Part shown: piece by piece, positions 54,485 to 64,000 of the stretch
Layout: every line of letters starts with the position of its first letter
How positions within the stretch are numbered: position 1 is the first letter of the stretch
Source of the DNA: an uncultured virus (IMG/VR IMGVR_UViG_2897118514_000003)
Lineage: Duplodnaviria; Heunggongvirae; Uroviricota; Caudoviricetes
Direction: 5' to 3' (one strand)
Length of the DNA: 64,000 nucleotides
IMG/VR virus record: IMGVR_UViG_2897118514_000003
Location: 1-64,000 of that record
Translations under genes and position numbers: made by a program
The notes under the pieces: generated by a model
Told to the model about the DNA's origin: nothing
Databases searched by the model: none
Seen by the model: the letters and a program-made list of their open reading frames with translations, nothing else

Positions 54485-55215
54485 TTCGCCCTTTTGAACA
54501 GCATTTTAAACCAATTTTCCTTTTCATTAACCATTGCAAATCCGGGATTATTCATCCTAAACCCATTTGCTGTCTTGTCCATGTTGTTTAACTGCTTCTT
54601 CAATTGCTCGATATCTTGGGGTGTATTGATGGTCATTGCAATATTGGATTCTTTTGCTTCCTGTACTTCGGAAATCATCTTATCTAAAGTGAGATCGCAA
54701 TATTCATCTTCCCAGTCACCTATGAAATAAAAACGTTCAATCAAAGTACCACTCGATTCATCTTGAAAAGTACCGAATAAAATTGGATCCTTATCTCTCC
54801 GTTCTTTTTCGATCTGCCTTTCAACCTTCCCTGTATAATCTGTAAACACCACATAAAACCGATCCAATTTGTCTTTCACTTTGTTGTATTTAATGATTAC
54901 ATCATCAGGGATTTCACGTTCGTAATTTTCAAGCTCAATAATTTTGACAGTATCTTTTGCAATGTTATCTATGTATTCTTCAATGTCATCTCGATAAACA
55001 AATGTATCAATGCCAAGCTTTACAATCTCTCGTTCTTTTTCAATTGATTCTAAGTGGAATATCAGTTTCTTAGCAGCTTTAATTTGATTGGTTTGCTTAT
55101 ACTTATTGAGTAATACCAAGCAATTGTCGTAATATCTTTGAAGTTCTTTGTCTGTAACCTTATTTTTCTTTGATTTAATCATTTCAAAATATTGATTTGG
55201 TTGTAACACTTCCAT
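54481..55215 (-). CDS. Hypothetical phage protein
   Basis: ATG 55215 after AAAGGAG; DPILFG...IGDWEDEYCDLT. Confidence 0.7.
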   Translation of the reverse strand: MEVLQPNQYFEMIKSKKNKVTDKELQRYYDNCLVLLNKYKQTNQIKAAKKLIFHLESIEKEREIVKLGIDTFVYRDDIEEYIDNIAKDTVKIIELENYEREIPDDVIIKYNKVKDKLDRFYVVFTDYTGKVERQIEKERRDKDPILFGTFQDESSGTLIERFYFIGDWEDEYCDLTLDKMISEVQEAKESNIAMTINTPQDIEQLKKQLNNMDKTANGFRMNNPGFAMVNEKENWFKMLFKRAK

Positions 55216-55265
55216 CTGTTCATCTCCTTTACTTAATCTAATTCCCTTTAAAATGCATCTTTTAA

Positions 55266-55700
55266 TCACTTCTTTGCAGCATAGCTTTCAAAGAATTCTT
55301 CAACTGATCTCAGGTATCCGTATTTATTTGCATCTTCCGGATCTCTAAACCTTTTCGATAGCACCAATGACCAATTAAACATCAACGGAGAAAACCTCGC
55401 CCATTTGCTAAAGCTTAATTGAAGACCTTTCCATTCTCTTCCCGCTAATTCTGCTAATTCCAGAATTTGATCTTCTTTTAAATTCACTTCTTCTTCAAAC
55501 ATCACTTGAATTTCTTCGTATGGCTTATGCCCAAAACAACAATGACGTGTTTTCAATCCCATCTTAAAATTTAAAATATCAATTAAATTAATCATTTGTG
55601 TATCAAGCTCATCATATGGAATACCATTTTTGAGGAACTTTTCTCTTTGGTTTAGTTTCATATTATCTTCAAATAGCAAATCAATAGAATTCATACTCAC
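55266..55700 (-). CDS. Hypothetical phage protein
   Basis: 144 aa; T.HCC.GH motif. Confidence 0.65.
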   Translation of the reverse strand: MSMNSIDLLFEDNMKLNQREKFLKNGIPYDELDTQMINLIDILNFKMGLKTRHCCFGHKPYEEIQVMFEEEVNLKEDQILELAELAGREWKGLQLSFSKWARFSPLMFNWSLVLSKRFRDPEDANKYGYLRSVEEFFESYAAKK

Positions 55701-56119
55701 TCCGCGCCCTCCAATAACTCAGGATTCCGGTAAACGTCGCCGATGACTTCAACTTCATCACTCCGCAGCCATAAGTGCCTATAAAAACCTTCTTTTCCGC
55801 TAACGTGTTCCATTCTGTCAAATCCGTTTTTTCGCTCTATCACATAACGATCAATTATATTCTCCTTAGACATAGGATTTATATAGGATTCCTCAGTAAT
55901 ATCCTTTTGGTATATATCCTTTCCTTTCTTATCATTCAACCCTGTTCCCCACATGAGAGCCGATTTTTTTTGTTTGCTAGACGCAATACGGATGGGATAA
56001 AGAGCTCCAACGATATTGCGATACAGCCCCCATTCTCCACCTGAGATAATAAGACTCAGCTCACCATCATCCCAATAATGCATCTTCTCGCCGTCCCAAA
56101 CTCTGTATGCTGTGTTCAT
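55697..56119 (-). CDS. yopX: YopX-family protein
   Basis: YRVWD, LM..TGL.DK.GK.IY..DI, EVIG.VY.NPELL. Confidence 0.85.
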   Translation of the reverse strand: MNTAYRVWDGEKMHYWDDGELSLIISGGEWGLYRNIVGALYPIRIASSKQKKSALMWGTGLNDKKGKDIYQKDITEESYINPMSKENIIDRYVIERKNGFDRMEHVSGKEGFYRHLWLRSDEVEVIGDVYRNPELLEGAE

Positions 56120-56451
56120 TCAACTGGATCCTCCTCATCCGTATTTATGATTGCTCCAATTAGCTTAGTTAAATGAATCACTTGATCTTTATTTACAGCT
56201 GTGATTGCACCATACGGATGCTCTATGAAACATACTTCATTATTTTCATCGGTATATAAAGTACAATTACATGTAGTACACACATAATTTTCGTTAATCG
56301 TTTGGCCTTCTAAATTAATTAAAGACCCTTCATCATGATCCAGCACTTCAATTTTCTTACCTTCTTCATAATCACTGATTTCAAGTTTTAACTCACCGAA
56401 AAACACTAATGGTTTAAGATAGAGCTTCAATTCATCTAATGATAATTCCAA
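56116..56451 (-). CDS. yopW: Hypothetical protein
   Basis: 111 aa; synteny. Confidence 0.6.
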   Translation of the reverse strand: MELSLDELKLYLKPLVFFGELKLEISDYEEGKKIEVLDHDEGSLINLEGQTINENYVCTTCNCTLYTDENNEVCFIEHPYGAITAVNKDQVIHLTKLIGAIINTDEEDPVE

Positions 56452-56768
56452 GTGATATCCCCCTCCAATTTGAATCTCGATAAAACTTACATTTTATTTT
56501 GATTCTTAATGATTTCATTCTTTCTCTCTTCATTTGTAAAAACAATATCCTTTAAAATAAACTGTATTTCTTCGAGGTTGTCCTTAACAAAGTCCAAATC
56601 ACCAATGGTCTTTCTTATTTCATCCTTATTCAAGTTATGTAAAGCTCTGTTGCATGAAGCAAAAACCTTTAAAAACTTTTTCATGACCATGTTTTTTATT
56701 TCTTTATTCTGCGGATCATTAATCAAATAAAAGCGACATCTCCTTTCTTTAGTATCTTTATGATTTGA

Positions 56769-56818
56769 ATTATACAGTTCATGGGATCATGTGTAAATAG
56801 TAATTTTATTTTTATTCT
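56769..56818 (-). promoter_or_regulatory. Sigma-A promoter with upstream repeat element
   Basis: AGAATAAAAATAAAATTACTA-TTTACA-N17-TATAAT. Confidence 0.75.
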
Positions 56819-56844
56819 TAATTTGGTTAAAAAACAAGCTTTAC

Positions 56845-57084
56845 TTACATAGTAAAGCCACTGTTTAATACTGTTTTAGCATCGTCCAATTTCCACAGAG
56901 TTTCATTAATTTTATCTCTAAGATCCAACAGTGCAGCCCTGTCAATCCTCAACGTTAACTTATTGCCTTTATTCTGAAAGTCAATTTCTATGTAATATTC
57001 TCCACTTGATATGTTATCAGATCCAACGTTAAAGATAATTGCTGCTAAGTTATCTCTCATATCAATTTCAATGTCCAGTTTCAT
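56845..57084 (-). CDS. Hypothetical protein
   Basis: 79 aa ORF with RBS GGAG. Confidence 0.55.
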   Translation of the reverse strand: MKLDIEIDMRDNLAAIIFNVGSDNISSGEYYIEIDFQNKGNKLTLRIDRAALLDLRDKINETLWKLDDAKTVLNSGFTM

Positions 57085-57156
57085 TTTTAAACTCCAGTCT
57101 GACTATAAAGCCATCAATTTTTTATCTCTCATGATGACTGACAAGATGTGTGAATT

Positions 57157-57558
<402 letters not shown>

Positions 57559-57623
57559 TTAAAAATCAGGTAAGAATTGATATAGTAAGATAAGGAGCAT
57601 ACATAAAATCAGGAGGTTGTCCG

Positions 57624-57845
57624 ATGCTAGAAGTGGAATTCGGACAATGTTTGATTCCAAATCTCCTTCAAAAAAGAGGGCTTTCATTGGGTCAGCTTTC
57701 GCGTATCACCGGTATCAGTACCCAAAGGTTAAGTGATTACGCTAATGGCGTTAGACCTTCTATGAACATTCGAACAGCCAAACTTATAGCTGTAGCGCTA
57801 AATTGTACCCTCGAAGACCTCTATGAATGGAAAATCAAACATTGA
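57624..57845 (+). CDS. yopS: Xre-family HTH regulator
   Basis: 73 aa HTH; convergent with the sro operon; terminator CGCTAGG...CCTAGCG. Confidence 0.75.
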   Translation: MLEVEFGQCLIPNLLQKRGLSLGQLSRITGISTQRLSDYANGVRPSMNIRTAKLIAVALNCTLEDLYEWKIKH

Positions 57846-58075
57846 AAATCGCTAGGAATTTCGCCCTAGCGAACCTCCCTGTACCCTTTTTAGGGTATAG
57901 TCTTATTTTACCACAAATTACCCCTGTTGTCTTTGTCTACTTTTGTCGAATTCTGAAAATACGAACAAAATCCTACCATCTAATATTTAAATGTCACGAT
58001 TCAGCTCATATTTATGTTAGTTATTTTATTTTTATTCTTTTTGTTATGTAAGATTAATCCCTATCAAGGGATTAA

Positions 58076-59065
<990 letters not shown>

Positions 59066-60412
59066 CTAACGAACATCAATTTCATCATAGAAAACTTTTT
59101 TCAGTTTTTTCTTCATAGCAGCATTTAATTGTTCTTCATAATTTCTGCTGCTTAACTCCTTGAATGTCTTACCTTTATCAAAATCAACCTGCTGTAGTAT
59201 CGTTGCTAGTTTAGCTAGTGGTGTGCCATTCTCTTGCATTTTTTTGGCCAAATAAATGTATCCATAAAATACAGCATTATAGTTAATGTATGATCTGTTT
59301 CTTGACTCGCTAAGATCATCTTCAAGGAAATCATCTGGAAAAGCATAAAAAAGCTCAGCAAAGAAGTCCCTTAAATACTTGGACAATTGAATAGCGTCTC
59401 TCCGTGAATTGATCTCAAAAGCATCGTCAATTGCTTCAGAAAGTGTATAATAAGTAACCAAGAATGGACTACTCATACCAATTTCACTTTGTACACTAAT
59501 TTTGTCTTTGAGTTCACTATTATATTTAAGTTGCTCAACAATAGTGGAAGAATAGCGTTTTTGACCAAGTTCTTCAATCCTTGATTTCTCAACAGGATTT
59601 ATTGTATTCATTTGGGCAAAATGACGTTTTGCTTTTTCTTCAGTATAATTTAAGATATTCAAAATAAAGGTTTGATCTAATTCAGGAGCTTCAGTAATAG
59701 CTTTAACAACTCCAGATATTCTATGGTAACCATCTAGAACATCAACTAATGTACCCTTAGTAACAGTTAAGCTTAGGTCGCTTGGATTGTACTCAATTTC
59801 TTCATCCTCATCTGATGTGCCAAACCGTGCATTAAATGTAAACATAGACACGATTAAGTCGCCCTTTTTAAAAAGTTCTTTAATCTCTTCAACTGATTTA
59901 GGATTAGTCTTTGGCACAGGTATTAAGCTTCCCTTAATGAATCTGCCTTCCCGTTGAGTATTATAGTTGTATTGTAGTATTGAGCTATTATATAGTTCAC
60001 TTAATTCTTTCGCAGTAATTGAAGTCACATAATTATCTTCATTTATTTTTATTACGTTTTTAAATGTATAAGGAAGTGTTAGAACCTCTTCACCGGCAAA
60101 AATTCTTCCGCCCTCTAACTCCTTAGCCAGCCTTGGTGGAAAATAACTCAAAGGGTCTAAAGCGGCTACGCCAGTAAGTTTGTGTAGTTCTTTAGAGAAA
60201 ATATAAACTTCCTTTTCATTCAAGCGTTGAATGTTATTATCATTGTTATTCAAAATTTCTTGTACATAACCAGGCAGCGTTTTATACTGCGCTCCCATGA
60301 TTGCTTTTAATTCCTTTACTTTTCTGGAATCATGTTTAATATCAGATGCAACTTCTTCTATTTTATTTTTAAGCTTTAAAAGCTTATCTGTTGTCAACAG
60401 ATCCTGAACCAC
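59066..60412 (-). CDS. yopQ: ParB/DndB-like repressor-operon protein (YopQ/SroE)
   Basis: 448 aa; QR, LDGYHR motifs; synteny. Confidence 0.8.
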   Translation of the reverse strand: MVQDLLTTDKLLKLKNKIEEVASDIKHDSRKVKELKAIMGAQYKTLPGYVQEILNNNDNNIQRLNEKEVYIFSKELHKLTGVAALDPLSYFPPRLAKELEGGRIFAGEEVLTLPYTFKNVIKINEDNYVTSITAKELSELYNSSILQYNYNTQREGRFIKGSLIPVPKTNPKSVEEIKELFKKGDLIVSMFTFNARFGTSDEDEEIEYNPSDLSLTVTKGTLVDVLDGYHRISGVVKAITEAPELDQTFILNILNYTEEKAKRHFAQMNTINPVEKSRIEELGQKRYSSTIVEQLKYNSELKDKISVQSEIGMSSPFLVTYYTLSEAIDDAFEINSRRDAIQLSKYLRDFFAELFYAFPDDFLEDDLSESRNRSYINYNAVFYGYIYLAKKMQENGTPLAKLATILQQVDFDKGKTFKELSSRNYEEQLNAAMKKKLKKVFYDEIDVR

Positions 60413-60496
60413 AGTATCACCTCACACATAATCATATTAAATTTATCATTACATTAACATACAAGTAAAGCATTTATATGATTATTTATATCACTT

Positions 60497-61567
60497 TTAT
60501 TTTAATTCTAAAAATTTTTTGAGCTTTTTTAGAGTGGAAACATCACAATCTAAAAAGAACTGTCTAAACTGGTCTAATGTAACAGTATCCAGGAAATCAA
60601 TATCTATATCTTGATCAATTATAACACCAGGATCTTGAGAATAATCTCTTTCCTTATTTAGATAATGATCATTTAGCACATTGATGTTTTTATGTCCTGA
60701 AAATGCTGCCACCTTTTTAATGTCTCCGCTTACATTATAAGAAAAATTAGTGGCTGTATTACGTAAACTGTGTGGCCTAAGATTTCTTTCCTGTGGAATA
60801 TTTAACACTCTGCAAACTCTGTGCCACATATCATTAATTGAGTCTACAGTTAATTTATGAAAGATCAGCTCATGCTCACCATACTCATTCTTGAGTGTTA
60901 ACAACTCCTCATAAAAGGAGCTAGAAATACCTACTGGTCTCGCTTTCTTCTGTTTAGTCTTCTTGAAATTGACTAAGTAACAATCGTGCTTCGATGAATA
61001 CGTTATGTCTTCCCATTTTACTCGTAAGACTTCTGATTTTCTTGCTCCTGTGCGTACACTAAATAAAATAAAGAGCTTTTTCATTAACCTGTTCTGTCTC
61101 TCATGGATAAATGCAGCTTCTGCAAACTCTTCAGCTTCAGGAATCCCCTCAAATGAACCAGCTGGATTCTTCTCTGTCGGCAATGGTCTAAAATTAAAAA
61201 CGCTTGATTCACAGTCGTGTTCTGACTCCAAGGATTTAATTAAACTTTTCAGTGCTGCGATTTTATTATTAATCGTAGCATTTGTATTATTTTTATTTTT
61301 AGCCAAATAAGTCCTATAATCCATTAAATCATTCTTTTTAATTATTACATCTTCTTCAGTTAAATATTCAATATCCTTACCAACTTGATAATTAAAGAAT
61401 TCTCTAATATGCCTTTCATAGGTGGTTCTAGTATTAGACTTTTCAATAAATGCTGATTTGTCATCCCTATTTCTCAAATCTAATTCATCAAACCATCTAT
61501 TTATGTCATTAAAAATGGAGTAATCCCTAACAGATGGTGTTTGCTTTTTCACTTCCAAGGTTTCCAC
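60497..61567 (-). CDS. yopP: Tyrosine recombinase-family protein (YopP/SroD) with a complete catalytic set
   Basis: TGARKSE, KTK, PHSLR, SGH, HY. Confidence 0.85.
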   Translation of the reverse strand: METLEVKKQTPSVRDYSIFNDINRWFDELDLRNRDDKSAFIEKSNTRTTYERHIREFFNYQVGKDIEYLTEEDVIIKKNDLMDYRTYLAKNKNNTNATINNKIAALKSLIKSLESEHDCESSVFNFRPLPTEKNPAGSFEGIPEAEEFAEAAFIHERQNRLMKKLFILFSVRTGARKSEVLRVKWEDITYSSKHDCYLVNFKKTKQKKARPVGISSSFYEELLTLKNEYGEHELIFHKLTVDSINDMWHRVCRVLNIPQERNLRPHSLRNTATNFSYNVSGDIKKVAAFSGHKNINVLNDHYLNKERDYSQDPGVIIDQDIDIDFLDTVTLDQFRQFFLDCDVSTLKKLKKFLELK

Positions 61568-61568
61568 C

Positions 61569-61766
61569 TCATTTAATTTTATCCATTAAATAATTATCTA
61601 ACTCATACCACAATTTTAACCAATCAGTATCTTGCTTAAAGCTTCTTAGCAGCATAATATTTGCATTGCAGATTTCTATTTGCTTCATTAAGTCATAACC
61701 GTCTAGCAACTTAATCAAAATAGATAAATTCAATAAAACACCTACTTTAAGTATATACTTGCTCAA
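61569..61766 (-). CDS. Small sro-operon protein (third position, SroC-like)
   Basis: 65 aa; position only. Confidence 0.5.
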   Translation of the reverse strand: MSKYILKVGVLLNLSILIKLLDGYDLMKQIEICNANIMLLRSFKQDTDWLKLWYELDNYLMDKIK

Positions 61767-62008
61767 TGAACAGCTGAGTATTGTTTTGTCGCCTTAATCT
61801 TGTCCCCTACATTTATCACAGGTTTACCAGTCAGTTCCTCAAAAAACTCATTTTCAAACCCTATCCATTCATCATTATGAATTTCTTCCTGCAAGTAATT
61901 AAGATATGCTTCTGATATTCCTGGTTGCTCTAAGAATTTCAAAACAATCATATGCTTTTTCCAGACTTTCTTTTTATTTTCCTCAGTATAATATTTATTG
62001 TTAGTCAT
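61763..62008 (-). CDS. Small sro-operon protein (second position, SroB/phi3T_93-like)
   Basis: 81 aa; RBS AAGGAG; position. Confidence 0.6.
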   Translation of the reverse strand: MTNNKYYTEENKKKVWKKHMIVLKFLEQPGISEAYLNYLQEEIHNDEWIGFENEFFEELTGKPVINVGDKIKATKQYSAVH

Positions 62009-62024
62009 TTTATTTTTATTCTCC

Positions 62025-62231
62025 TTATATGCATTTAATTGTATTATTTTGATCCTTAATAAGCATATGCTCTTTATGATTTCTTCTCATTGTAGTAACA
62101 TTATTAGGTGTAAACACATCTGGATCTTCCATATGAAGATTAACACGAGTAAAGCTCTTAAGTTGTTTTATGTATTGATACTGTCTTAATGAAGTAACCT
62201 TATACTCTTCGTTTTTATTTGATTCTTCCAT
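62025..62231 (-). CDS. Small sro-operon protein (first position, YopM/SroA-like)
   Basis: 68 aa from ATG 62231; follows promoter TTGCAT-N17-TATAAT. Confidence 0.55.
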   Translation of the reverse strand: MEESNKNEEYKVTSLRQYQYIKQLKSFTRVNLHMEDPDVFTPNNVTTMRRNHKEHMLIKDQNNTIKCI

Positions 62232-62381
62232 AGTCCCATCTCCCAACAACGTTATCTTATGTATCTTCATTATATCCGTTGCCAACAGATTATGCAATAA
62301 TTAATTTTATTTTTATTCTAGACAAATAAACACATGTGCTCGATGTGTTTAAAATGTCCATTTTATTTAGTTTCATTCTGC

Positions 62382-62537
62382 TTAGGAAGCCAAGGTTTTA
62401 TGTCGTGATCTAGCCATTTCCGCTTCATTCTCAAGGTGATTATCCTCTTGTGCTATTGTTGAATTGATTGCAGCCATTTCTTCATAGCCTTTTGCCATTT
62501 CTTCATAAGAAAATGTTTGTAATAATTGTTTTTTCAT
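62382..62537 (-). CDS. aimX: AimX, 51-aa MazE-mimic (phi3T type), not in ORF track
   Basis: MKKQLLQTFSYEEMAKGYEEMAAINSTIAQEDNHLENEAEMARSRHKTLAS directly downstream of aimP. Confidence 0.88.
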   Translation of the reverse strand: MKKQLLQTFSYEEMAKGYEEMAAINSTIAQEDNHLENEAEMARSRHKTLAS

Positions 62538-62550
62538 TCTAATTCCCCCA

Positions 62551-62585
62551 TGTTCTCATTTTTCAGTTTTAGAATTCCTGGAACT
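62551..62585 (-). promoter_or_regulatory. Putative AimR operator
   Basis: Imperfect inverted repeat AGTTCC-N23-AGAACA between the aimP terminator and the aimX RBS. Confidence 0.55.
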
Positions 62586-62600
62586 TTCCCTTAAAATTAG

Positions 62601-62633
62601 AAAAGACGCCTGATCCAATGGATCAAACGTCTA
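62601..62633 (-). terminator. Terminator after aimP
   Basis: AGACGTTTGATCC-ATT-GGATCAGGCGTCT followed by T-run. Confidence 0.8.
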
Positions 62634-62661
62634 AGACAGTATTATGTATTATATTTGTTTT

Positions 62662-62787
62662 TTACGCCCCACGACTAGCAGAGGCTACTGTAACATCTCC
62701 ACTTGCAGTTTCAACAGATTGTTGACCACTTACGAAACCAACAGCTAATGCAAGTAAAATAACAAGACCGAAGTAAATTTTCTTCAT
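62662..62787 (-). CDS. aimP: Arbitrium pro-peptide AimP, 41 aa, predicted mature peptide SASRGA; not in ORF track
   Basis: MKKIYFGLVILLALAVGFVSGQQSVETASGDVTVASASRGA; RBS AGGAGGTGAG. Confidence 0.93.
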   Translation of the reverse strand: MKKIYFGLVILLALAVGFVSGQQSVETASGDVTVASASRGA

Positions 62788-62817
62788 TTTCTCACCTCCT
62801 TTCAAGGATGTCAACAT

Positions 62818-63972
62818 TTAGAGTGAAATTAAATTCAATATTTCATCTGTATATCCACGTTTTTTAAGTTCAATAAGAGGCAAATTTAAACAAAGTTTAT
62901 CGCCGGATTTTTTGAACTTCTTTATGCTTTCATGAAAGAAGGAGACATCATCATACAGTAGACCTTTAACATGATTTAGAAATCCTAAGTCATCATCCAA
63001 AACATTCAATTTCTCGATTTTTTCTATAATTGATGCTGCTTTCTCTAGTTCCTTCATGTTGACTAAATAATAGGCAACCTCAATCATATCCGGTATCTCG
63101 TTTGACTGAAAATCAATCCATTTATTATCTTTTGCCCAAACATTATTAAGAAAGCAAAGAGCTAGCTCTAATTTGTAGACGTGATGAGGATTTTCTTTTG
63201 CGTATTCCATCCCCTTTTCATAACATAATTTAGCTTCTTCATAATCTTCAAATATAAATGTGTTTCCATATGTCAAATAACCAAATACAATTAATCTATT
63301 GTTATTTGTACTTTCAATAACTTTTTGGCAATGAATCCTGGTATCTTCTAATTCGTAGTCATTCAAGGATATATTGGCTTTTAAAAGTTCAATTCGGCCA
63401 TAATAACATTCTTTAATAAATCCATCAGGTAACTCTTCTATATCTAAAAATTGCGAAGTGCTTTTCATTAAACCGAATTCACCAATTTTCAGATATTCGT
63501 ACATAATTAATATGTTTGAAAATAAAAACATTTCAGGGGTTTTTATTCTGAATTTACCCGTTTCTCTTATAGCATCATTTAACGTAATTTCACTTTTATT
63601 TAATCTTCTATGTATAGAGTAAATCTGACCCCATTCACGGCTTATTGAATTAGTTGATTCACAAAGATTTTTAATTAACTGGTCAGTAAGCTCATCCCAC
63701 TGATTTAAATCGGAATATTCAACCGAGTGTCTTGCACATTTTTTGTTAGGGTCTAATTCTAAGAAGTATTCACTTAATAGCTGTTTTTCATTATCAGGAA
63801 ACAAGCTTTTTACGATGTTTATTAAACCTTCTATGTTTTCCATTTCTTTTTCTGGGGTGTTCACAAACTTATAAAAACCATTTACTTTTTCATAACCGGC
63901 CAATTTAGCAAGTCTAGCTGCAAGCTGATTATCTTTTTCGCATTCGTTCTTAATCAACTGTTTTAATTTCAA
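62818..63972 (-). CDS. aimR: Arbitrium receptor AimR (HTH plus TPR)
   Basis: 384 aa upstream of aimP; C-terminal FKKSGDK motif. Confidence 0.93.
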   Translation of the reverse strand: MKLKQLIKNECEKDNQLAARLAKLAGYEKVNGFYKFVNTPEKEMENIEGLINIVKSLFPDNEKQLLSEYFLELDPNKKCARHSVEYSDLNQWDELTDQLIKNLCESTNSISREWGQIYSIHRRLNKSEITLNDAIRETGKFRIKTPEMFLFSNILIMYEYLKIGEFGLMKSTSQFLDIEELPDGFIKECYYGRIELLKANISLNDYELEDTRIHCQKVIESTNNNRLIVFGYLTYGNTFIFEDYEEAKLCYEKGMEYAKENPHHVYKLELALCFLNNVWAKDNKWIDFQSNEIPDMIEVAYYLVNMKELEKAASIIEKIEKLNVLDDDLGFLNHVKGLLYDDVSFFHESIKKFKKSGDKLCLNLPLIELKKRGYTDEILNLISL

Positions 63973-64000
63973 CTTGTCTCCCCCCTTTATTCAGTTATCA

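Noticed and set aside
59066..60412. DndB-like protein as sign of a DNA phosphorothioation system
   Set aside because: No dndCDE genes; position matches yopQ/sroE of the repression operon

Overview
The window covers the Bacillus subtilis-group chromosome (phytase gene, 5' half of spsM) and about 62 kb of an SPbeta-family prophage inserted in spsM at the 16-bp att core (1925-1940). The prophage part runs from sprB through the yot/yos/yor/yoq/yop gene blocks. These include sspC, thymidylate synthase, dUTPase, an nrdIEF operon with two group I introns, three amino-DNA methyltransferases, the DnaE/RecJ/primase/helicase replication module, LigB, a NADAR protein and a Pnkp-ligase RNA repair enzyme. 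It ends at the sro repression operon and a phi3T-type arbitrium locus (aimR, aimP with peptide SASRGA, aimX). The most striking unexplained structure is at least 25 perfect copies of the palindrome TAAAA-N6-TTTTA, all with different spacers. They sit at junctions between accessory genes, often using the upstream stop codon as part of one arm and followed by the next RBS, and I saw none at junctions of the replication module. This suggests an integron/pdif-like gene-cassette system, with the catalytically complete tyrosine recombinase YopP/SroD as a candidate enzyme (inference). A second oddity is a ~140-nt self-contained unit encoding three chained micro-peptides ending in Gly-Gly (MVFGG, MINIIGG, MEVRVGG). 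All calls were made by eye with no database searches; gene names rest on recalled SPbeta/phi3T synteny and protein sizes.
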